From positions 1-12,806 of the forward strand of contig JANYHK010000037.1 in the NCBI GenBank assembly GCA_025359105.1: 12,806 nucleotides of DNA, given 5' to 3'. Numbering within the stretch: the stretch's first letter is position 1; each line of letters starts with the position of its first letter. This document shows, piece after piece, positions 6,546 through 12,806 of the stretch. The stretch comes from Myxococcales bacterium. GTDB lineage: Bacteria > Myxococcota_A > Polyangia > Polyangiales > Polyangiaceae. The notes beneath the pieces are model-generated. The model did not search any database. It was not told the DNA's origin and saw nothing but the letters and a program-made list of their open reading frames with translations. A program made the position numbers and the translations under genes.

Positions 6546-7829
6546 ATGCACCTTCTCCGAACGCTCGCCGCCGCTTCCTCGTTTCTCGTGCCGTTCGCCG
6601 TCCTCGCGTGCGGCGGGGGCCCCCCCTCCCCGCTCTCGCCCAAGGCGCCAGACTATGCGCCGGCCGGCGAGACGAAGTGTGCCGTCGCCTCGAGCCACTC
6701 TTCGCCGCTCGTCGTCGAGTGGCCAAGCAGTGAGCGCGCGAAGCTCGAGTCGCTCGCGCGCGGCGGGGTCGTCGTCGTCCGGTACAACGACTGCCGCATG
6801 AAGGCGCTCGCGGGGTGCCGCGTGCGAGCGGCGTACCGCTACGTCGCGCTCACACCGAAGCACGACGTCCTCCGCGTGCGAAGCCAGGACGAGCTCTACG
6901 CGTCGATGCCCGTATACGCCGCGTCGTTCGAGGGGAAGCTGAAACAGGCCGGCGAGCTCACCGTCACGATGACGATCGTGGGCCGCTACGAGGCAGAGCG
7001 CGCCAGCGCGTCCACGGCGGATCTCGAGGGGGACTGCGCCGAGGCGACGCACATCGTCGCGGCGGTCACGTCGGGCGCCTTCCAGTTCGCGGCCGGCGGC
7101 GCAACGGAGGCGAGCGCCGGCGCGTCCATGCTGGGCGCCTCCGCGGGCGGCAAGAGCGGAGCGGCGCGCGAGACGTTGGCGCAAGACGGCGACGAAAAGG
7201 CTTGCGGCGCGTCGGCCGAAGGCTCCACCGCGCCGCCGTTCGGGTGCGGCGCGTTCCTGCGGCTCGAGGTCGAGCCGATCGCGAAGGGAGCCGCGACGGC
7301 GAAGACGGCACGCGCGACGGCCCCGTCCGCTCCGTCCGCGACGACGACCACGACCGCCGCGTCACCACCCGTCGACACCACCTGCCCCGGCGGCACGCGC
7401 TTCGTCAAAGGCCGCGGCTGCGTCGCGGAGATGGCGCCGTCCAGCCGCTACACCGTGAACGGCACCGCCGTCACCGACAGCACCACAAAGCTCACCTGGA
7501 TGCGCGCCCCCGAGACGTCCGGTGTGCCATGGCAAGAAGCGAAGTCCTTCTGCGCCGGCGTCGGCGCGGACGGCGGCAAGTGGCGCCTCCCGACGAAGGC
7601 AGAGCTCCTCGCCCTCGGCGAAAACCTCCCGGAAGGGATCGACCGCAACGCCTTCCCCGCGGCGTCGTCGCAGGAAAAAGCCGGCCTCTCCGAGACGGTC
7701 TACTACTGGACGTCCACGCCGCACGCGATCTCCGAGTCGATGGCGTGGGCCGTCCGCTTCGGAACCATGGGCGCGCAAGCCAGCGTTGTGCCGCGTACGG
7801 CGAAGAGGTCGGTCCGCTGCGTGAAGTAA
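6546..7829 (+). CDS. Lipoprotein with an uncharacterised N-terminal domain, a Thr/Ala/Pro linker and a C-terminal DUF1566 (Lcl C-terminal, C-type-lectin-like fold) domain
   Basis: This is a 427-aa ORF. The signal peptide and lipobox are MHLLRTLAAASSFLVPFAVLAC. The C-terminus is TVNGTAVTDSTTKLTWMRAPETSGVPWQEAKSFCAGVGADGGKWRLPTKAELLALGE...VYYWTSTP...AWAVRFGTMGAQASVVPRTAKRSVRCVK. This matches the DUF1566 pattern (TGLxW, W-x-x-A-x-x-x-C, WRLPT-x-x-EL, YW-S/T-S-T, vRCV). The stop is TAA at 7827-7829. Confidence 0.85.
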   Translation: MHLLRTLAAASSFLVPFAVLACGGGPPSPLSPKAPDYAPAGETKCAVASSHSSPLVVEWPSSERAKLESLARGGVVVVRYNDCRMKALAGCRVRAAYRYVALTPKHDVLRVRSQDELYASMPVYAASFEGKLKQAGELTVTMTIVGRYEAERASASTADLEGDCAEATHIVAAVTSGAFQFAAGGATEASAGASMLGASAGGKSGAARETLAQDGDEKACGASAEGSTAPPFGCGAFLRLEVEPIAKGAATAKTARATAPSAPSATTTTTAASPPVDTTCPGGTRFVKGRGCVAEMAPSSRYTVNGTAVTDSTTKLTWMRAPETSGVPWQEAKSFCAGVGADGGKWRLPTKAELLALGENLPEGIDRNAFPAASSQEKAGLSETVYYWTSTPHAISESMAWAVRFGTMGAQASVVPRTAKRSVRCVK

Positions 7830-7917
7830 GGAGTGCGCGCTGATGCCCAGAGGGTAGGAAGCCCAATGCCGATCCCATGGCGAAGCGGACCCCTGGGATC
7901 CCCGGGCCCAGCGCCTG

Positions 7918-8337
<420 letters not shown>

Positions 8338-8631
8338 AGGGAGAGCCACCTCAGCAAGAGGCGCGCCGACGCGCCCATCTCAGTCTTCTCGGGGAATTCG
8401 CCCGTGGGACACGCGGGCGAGTGCGAAGCGTGCCACATGGCGTGAACCTGATGTCACGCCCCGCTCCGCTTCCACGAATGGGGGGGGACCACCTTTGCAT
8501 GGAGTGCGGGAGCGGTACGGGGTCGGTCATGGATCCGTACGCCACGAGCCGGAGGTCTGCGACGCCGGCGGCCCTGCACACGCGATGCAAGCGGGCGGCT
8601 CCCTCGTGATCGGCGCGCCGCCACGCGCTCG

Positions 8632-8788
8632 TCACTCCTCGTCAGCGCTCGCAGCCGGCAAGGCTTCGATGTCGGCGCGATTCTGCTCCCACGCCCACAT
8701 CATGATCTCGTCTCGAGAGGCGCAGGCGCTCGGCCTGCCGATCGAATTCCTCGTACATCTCGCGCGGCAGGTAGAGGCGTCGCTTCAT
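8632..8788 (-). pseudogene. Ribbon-helix-helix (CopG/Arc/MetJ-type) antitoxin-like small gene interrupted by a single-base frameshift
   Basis: From the ATG at 8788 the frame reads MKRRLYLPREMYEEFDRQAERLRLS, which fits a beta strand plus helix 1. The in-frame continuation (RRDHDVGVGAESRRHRSLAGCER) is not protein-like. The +1 frame from about 8715 reads SRDEIMMWAWEQNRADIEALPAASADEE and stops at 8632-8634, which is a typical helix 2 plus acidic tail. AAGGGA lies just upstream of the ATG. Confidence 0.45.
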
Positions 8789-8880
8789 CGTCCCTTTCGG
8801 TGCCGTCGCGAGCGCTCGCGCGGCAGGATCGCGGGACTCGGCGAGCGCCAGGTTCGCTTGGAGCGAGGCCAGGCGAATCT

Positions 8881-9114
8881 TGCGGCAGCACGTCGTGCGT
8901 GCCCTCCGAATACTGTTTGGCGACGGCATGCCCGATGTACGCGAAGGGTCCGGACGGTGGCTGCCCGGCAGAGACGACCATCTACGAATGCCGTAGCGTC
9001 CCAGCCACCTGTCTCGGGAATGCGGATTGTGCCTGTATCGTCGCCACCTTCGGAAGCGGCAGCGCCACCCCCGTGACCTGCGCGAACGGCACGGTACACG
9101 TGGCCCTCTACTGA
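8881..9114 (+). pseudogene. C-terminal fragment of a Cys-rich (probably secreted) protein, with no recognisable N-terminus
   Basis: The frame reads CGSTSCVPSEYCLATACPMYAKGPDGGCPAETTIYECRSVPATCLGNADCACIVATFGSGSATPVTCANGTVHVALY, with stop at 9112-9114. It has 11 Cys residues and good G/C third positions. Upstream of about 8880 the same frame is Arg-rich, has lower G/C at third positions and no signal peptide. It runs divergent to the RHH gene. Confidence 0.3.
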
Positions 9115-9308
9115 AGGGGAGCGCCTCCGCGGCGCGCTACTCGTTGTTCGCGACCTCAATTGAGTCGGCAGTCCGGCGCCGTGGTACGGGCGTCTACGTC
9201 GGCATGGCGTCGGCAGAACAACGCCGACGAGGCGGTGAAGTACCGTGGCGTGAAGTTCGACGGTCTACGGTCATAGCCGCGGGCCTGCTCGGCGTCACGT
9301 GCGTCTGC

Positions 9309-11285
9309 TCAACGCGTCGTCTCCGCCGAACTGGCGGCGGGGGGCCGCGGCGCCGCTGCGAGGACGATGGCGAAGGTGCTGCCTCGCCCCGGGGTGCTGT
9401 CGATCTCGATGCGCCCGCCGTGGGCGTGCACGATGCCCTGCGCGATGGAGAGGCCGAGGCCGGTCCCTTCGCCGGCGCTCTTGGTCGTGAAGAACGCGTC
9501 GAAGATCTTGGAGCGCACGTCCTCGCCGATGCCGCTGCCGGTGTCGGTGACCGAGAGGACGACGTCGCCGCCGCGCCGCGTGGTGGCGAGCGTTAGGCGA
9601 CCGCCGCCGGGCATCGCGTCACGTGCGTTGAGGGCGAGGTTCACGACCACCTGCTCGAGGAGGACACGATCGCCGAGCGCCACGAGGGGCGCCGGATCGA
9701 CATCCAGCCGCAGGTCGACGCCCGACTTCTTCAGCGTTCCGCCCAGGAGCTGCGCCGTCTTCCGCACGAGCTCGACGAGGTCGATCGGTTTGCGCGCGAT
9801 CGCGGTCCCGCCGCGTGAAAAGGCGAGGAGGCCGCGCGTGAGCTCCGCGCAGGCGGTCGCGGCGTCTCGGGCCAGCGCGAGGTCGGGGTTTTCTTCGCCC
9901 TCGCGCGTCGCGAGCTCGAGCGCGCCGAGAAGCGCCGTAAGCTGGTTGTTGATGTCGTGCACCACGCCGCCGGTGAGCGTCCCGATGGTCGCGACCCGCT
10001 GGGCGTGCCGGAGATCGGCCTCCAGGCGCGCGCGCGCTCGGACGGCGGTGCCGGCCTCGGTGAAGCGGTTGCGCACTTCGTCGATCTCGGCGATGCCCGA
10101 TGCCGAGCGCTCCATGGTCTCCCCTTGCGCGAGCTTCTCCGACGCCGCCGCGAGCGCCCGAAGCGGCGCGCTGAACCGACGCGCGAGCCGCGCCGCGCGC
10201 CAGGCGACGGCGATCAGCGCCAGCCCCGCCAACGCGAGCATGGCGAGGCCGATGCGCCGCGGGCCGACGAGCAGCTCGTTTGCGGGGATCCCCATCGAGA
10301 TCGTCCACGAGATGCCGGGCTCGCCCTCGAACCGAAGGCTCTCGAAGTAGTAGTCCTCCCCGCCGATCGCGAGGCGCTCCTCGCGCGCGGCGGCGGCGAG
10401 CGCTCCATCGGCGATCGGCAGAAAATCCGGGGAAATCGGGCGACCCACCGGCGTCGCCTCGATGCCGCGGAACTCGGGCAGCGGCGGAAGGAGCATCGGC
10501 CGGCGCGCGTCGTCAGTGATGAACGTGATCGTGGCCGTCGACGGCTGCATCGACTTGACGTCGGCGAGCAGCTCGTCGAGCGACAGCGAGCTCTCGGCGA
10601 CGCCGCCCGCGACCTCGACGCCGCCCTCCAGCGGAATCTTGCGCGCGTACGTCATGCGGTACCGGTTGATGAGCGCCCCGTCGGCCTCTTGGATGAACGG
10701 GGCGCTCCACCTGCCGTCTTCGCGCGCGCGCGCGACGGCGGCGCCGTACCAGGGGCGACGAGCGGTGTCGAACCGCGGATTGACTTCCGCGCGCCGTGTC
10801 CCCTTGTCGGCGCGCGCGGCGTCCCAGTAGCGCGCCTCGCAGCGCGCGATGGCGCCCTCCGGGGTGCAGTCCTCGGTGACGAAGCCGTCTTCCCACGGCG
10901 CGACGTCGAGCACCCACCCGTCGGCGAATACGACACCGAGGGATCGGAAGCTCTTCTCCGCGGGGGCGATCGCCGCGAGGGTGCCGTGCAGGACCGGGCT
11001 GCGGCATCGCTCCGGTCCCTCCGAGACGCAGAGTCGAGCGACGACGTCGGCGGCGCGACGATGTAGCCCGAGATGCGCGCGAAGCGCGTCGGCCGTGCGC
11101 TGGAGCCCTTCGTGGGCGCGCGCGTGGGCCGTGTCATCCATCGCGCGCGCGTAGCCCCAGACCGCGACGGCCGCGAGGGGGACGACGGCGAGGGCGACCA
11201 GCACGACGATGTCGACGACGAGGAGACGCAGGATCGGAGCGGCGGGCCGGCCGGCCTTGGTCTCGGATCCTACTGCCTTCCCCAC
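9309..11285 (-). CDS. Membrane sensor histidine kinase: TM1, periplasmic Cache-like domain, TM2, HAMP, HisKA, HATPase_c
   Basis: This is a 658-aa ORF.
- TM1: ILRLLVVDIVVLVALAVVPLAAVAVWGYA
- Cache-like signature: RRPWYGAAV...GRWSAPFI...INRYRMTYARKI...VAGGVAESSLSLDELLADV
- TM2: IGLAMLALAGLALIAVAW
- HAMP: FSAPLRALAAASEKLAQGE
- H-box: GGVVHDINNQLTALLGALELA
- N-box: VVNLALNARDAM
- G1: VTDTGSGI
- F: IFDAFFTTK
- G2: GTGLGLSIAQGIV
The only start upstream of TM1 is GTG at 11285, and no clear SD precedes it. The stop is TGA at 9309-9311. Confidence 0.9.
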   Translation of the reverse strand: MGKAVGSETKAGRPAAPILRLLVVDIVVLVALAVVPLAAVAVWGYARAMDDTAHARAHEGLQRTADALRAHLGLHRRAADVVARLCVSEGPERCRSPVLHGTLAAIAPAEKSFRSLGVVFADGWVLDVAPWEDGFVTEDCTPEGAIARCEARYWDAARADKGTRRAEVNPRFDTARRPWYGAAVARAREDGRWSAPFIQEADGALINRYRMTYARKIPLEGGVEVAGGVAESSLSLDELLADVKSMQPSTATITFITDDARRPMLLPPLPEFRGIEATPVGRPISPDFLPIADGALAAAAREERLAIGGEDYYFESLRFEGEPGISWTISMGIPANELLVGPRRIGLAMLALAGLALIAVAWRAARLARRFSAPLRALAAASEKLAQGETMERSASGIAEIDEVRNRFTEAGTAVRARARLEADLRHAQRVATIGTLTGGVVHDINNQLTALLGALELATREGEENPDLALARDAATACAELTRGLLAFSRGGTAIARKPIDLVELVRKTAQLLGGTLKKSGVDLRLDVDPAPLVALGDRVLLEQVVVNLALNARDAMPGGGRLTLATTRRGGDVVLSVTDTGSGIGEDVRSKIFDAFFTTKSAGEGTGLGLSIAQGIVHAHGGRIEIDSTPGRGSTFAIVLAAAPRPPAASSAETTR

Positions 11286-11431
11286 GATACGAGCTTAGCC
11301 GAAACCTGGGGCGGACCGTCGCTCACCGACCGTCGCGACGAAGGCCGAGACCGCGCGCGCCACGTGTCGCACCTTCGGTTACCGATCTCGTTCGCGCACG
11401 TCCGCGAGGCGAGCGGATTCGACGCGCTCGC

Positions 11432-11647
11432 GTGTTTCTTTTTTTCGAGCGCGAAGGCCGCACCTACGTGTCACGCACCGAGATGCGCTTCGTCGACCGT
11501 TACGAGCTCGTCAACGTCCACGCAGCGCTCGTGAAGGCGCTTGCGGGCCCGACGCCACGCTCGATGTGGGACGCGGACATTTTCGGGGTCGTACACGCCA
11601 GGGTGAGCCTCGAGAAGAACGGAACGCCCCAGACGCTCACTTCGTGA
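11432..11647 (+). CDS. Small hypothetical protein (71 aa) or the C-terminal remnant of a larger gene
   Basis: It starts at GTG 11432 and has strong G/C third positions. The sequence is protein-like: FLFFEREGRTYVSRTEMRFVDRYELVNVHAALVKALAGPTPRSMWDADIFGVVHARVSLEKNG. There is no SD. A T7 run lies at the 5' end, and a neighbouring frame upstream also looks partly coding (LPISFAHVREASGFDALA). No family was recognised. Confidence 0.3.
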   Translation: MFLFFEREGRTYVSRTEMRFVDRYELVNVHAALVKALAGPTPRSMWDADIFGVVHARVSLEKNGTPQTLTS

Positions 11648-12143
11648 CGGGACCGTCGTCCCACATGTGACGGGAGATGCGCCACGCGCCGCTCGGTAGC
11701 TTCCGGTAGACGTTCAAATACGTTCCCGGGTGGCCGTATGCCTGCGTGCGACCGTCTTGATCCATCGTCCAGGCCACGTCATCGCGGCCGTGCGAGTAAG
11801 CGACGTTGCAGTCACCCTCGAGCTGGTCGATCGTGATGTCGAGCTTGGTGATCGTGGAAGGAGGGCCGCCGGCCGGCCACCAGTAGTTCTCGATGGCCGC
11901 GATACCGACGATCGGCGCCGCCCCGTGCGCCGGCAAGAGCGCCGCGTCGGCGCTGAAGGTCCCGAGCACTGCGCGGGCGTCGCCCTTCAACCAGGACGTC
12001 CGATACGCGTCGACCAGCGCGTGAATGGCGCGCACGTCGGACGCCGAAAGCCCGCGGCACGAAGGCGGCGCCTCCGCGTGCTCGCACCCCACGAGCCCCG
12101 GCACGGCCAGACAAAGGAACGCAAGGGGACGCATGGGCACCAT
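11637..12143 (-). CDS. NTF2-like (SnoaL / DUF4440-type) lipoprotein
   Basis: This is the internal ATG at 12143 (or 12134) of the 225-aa track ORF. The signal peptide and lipobox are MVPMRPLAFLCLAVPGLVGC. The mature part reads DVRAIHALVDAYRTSWLKGDARAVLGTFSADAALLPAHGAAPIVGIAAIENYWWP...GTYLNVYRKLPSGAWRISRHMWD, which follows the SnoaL/DUF4440 pattern. The stop is TGA at 11637-11639. Confidence 0.8.
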   Translation of the reverse strand: MVPMRPLAFLCLAVPGLVGCEHAEAPPSCRGLSASDVRAIHALVDAYRTSWLKGDARAVLGTFSADAALLPAHGAAPIVGIAAIENYWWPAGGPPSTITKLDITIDQLEGDCNVAYSHGRDDVAWTMDQDGRTQAYGHPGTYLNVYRKLPSGAWRISRHMWDDGPVTK

Positions 12144-12566
12144 GCTACGCGACTGTGCTCGGAGTCGGCGGACCCTCGGCGGCCTCGGTGACGTTCGCGA
12201 CCTTCGACAGCTCGCGCTCTTCGGGGGGCGCGCGCTCCGGATGACCTTCCAAGGTGCGATCCTGGTCAACGGCTGGCCAAATACGTCGGGCGCCGGAGAC
12301 GACGCGCGGTGCACGCGGCGATGCGCTGGCGCCGACGCCGGGCAAGACGCTCAGGCCGACGCGGGCGAGGACGCGCCGAGCGAGCCCGGCGGGGACGCCT
12401 CGACGGACGCGAGCGCCGATGCTCCCGAGGACGCACGCGTCGACGCGTCGTAGGGCGGTGCGCCCCCGAGGCGGGCGGCATCATCACCTGCCGTGGCGGC
12501 TGCGTGTGTGCGGACGCGAGCGCCAGCGCGTGGGTGTGCCCGTGAAGGCTGAGCGACGGAGCTTCG

Positions 12567-12806
12567 CTACTCGTAGTCACCGATGTCGTGTCCGCTGACG
12601 CGCGGGGCCTCGAGCGCGCGGACGATCTCCGGGTGCTCGCGCAGCGCGCGGACGCAGCGGTTCCATCGTAACCCGTCCACGAACGGCGTCGCCGGCGCGT
12701 CTTGCAAGTCGCTCGCGTCGTGGGGTGCTGACGCCCGCGGCCGGGCGTGCTTGGCTCGCGGGCCATGTTGCCGCTCGAAGGAACGTTGCTCGAGAAACTG
12801 CGAAAG
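12567..12806 (-). CDS. C-terminal end of an unidentified protein; the 5' part lies beyond the window edge
   Basis: The minus frame is open from the window edge to TAG at 12567-12569, with G/C-rich third positions. Translation is ...FLEQRSFERQHGPRAKHARPRASAPHDASDLQDAPATPFVDGLRWNRCVRALREHPEIVRALEAPRVSGHDIGDYE. It is absent from the ORF track because it has no in-window start. No family was recognised. Confidence 0.45.
   Translation of the reverse strand, partial: LSQFLEQRSFERQHGPRAKHARPRASAPHDASDLQDAPATPFVDGLRWNRCVRALREHPEIVRALEAPRVSGHDIGDYE

Noticed and set aside
444-7184. The full lengths of the 794-aa (444-2828), 572-aa (2809-4527), 442-aa (5856-7184) and 225-aa (11637-12314) ORFs, read as single proteins.
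   Set aside because: In each case only the C-terminal part is protein-like, and it begins at an internal ATG with a signal peptide or sigma region 2, often with an SD. The N-terminal extensions are Arg-rich read-through across neighbouring genes.
8421-8609. The plus-strand 62-codon ORF with a CMECGSG motif, considered as a possible zinc-ribbon peptide.
   Set aside because: It has only one CxxC pair, no start context, and crosses the G8 homopolymer. Its third-position bias is no better than that of the opposite strand. It overlaps the GTGA-coupled minus-strand ORF, which has better contextual support.
9208-9229. The hairpin cgtcggc-agaacaac-gccgacg between the convergent 9114 and 9309 gene ends, considered as a bidirectional terminator.
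   Set aside because: The stem is 7 bp and neither strand has a following T/U tract. Similar short GC stems are frequent here. There is not enough evidence for a terminator call.

Overview
This is very GC-rich bacterial chromosomal DNA: third codon positions are almost all G/C, so the six-frame track is full of long spurious antisense ORFs. The gene content (an ECF sigma operon with a Pro-rich anti-sigma-like partner, a DUF1566 lipoprotein, Thr/Pro-tract and Cys-rich exported proteins) resembles Myxococcota-type genomes. The taxon cannot be proven from the sequence alone.

Two blocks look intact:
- A four-gene minus-strand operon runs from 4505 to 444: exported beta-rich protein, ECF sigma factor, ATGA-coupled membrane anti-sigma-like protein, and an exported protein made of two tandem homologous domains.
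- The second block holds a Cache-HAMP histidine kinase (9309-11285) and an NTF2-like lipoprotein (11637-12143).

Between them (about 4554-9114) is a decayed accessory patch. It contains:
- a doubly truncated, triply frameshifted UvrD-family helicase relic;
- a truncated and frameshifted membrane-protein gene;
- a 3'-truncated Thr/Pro-tract protein;
- a frameshifted ribbon-helix-helix antitoxin-like gene with a GTGA-coupled downstream ORF;
- a Cys-rich gene remnant;
- two apparently intact divergent lipoprotein genes, one carrying a DUF1566 domain.

The most unusual signal is a 109-bp sequence present twice in direct orientation (5307-5415 and 7850-7958, 108/109 identical). It contains a strong hairpin and nested palindromes. 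It brackets the two lipoprotein genes and abuts truncated reading frames at three of its four junctions. I read it as an uncharacterised small interspersed element, either mobile or recombinogenic, or a structured RNA.

I found no rRNA, tRNA, CRISPR array, transposase or integrase gene. Every family assignment rests on motif recognition by eye, not on database searches.
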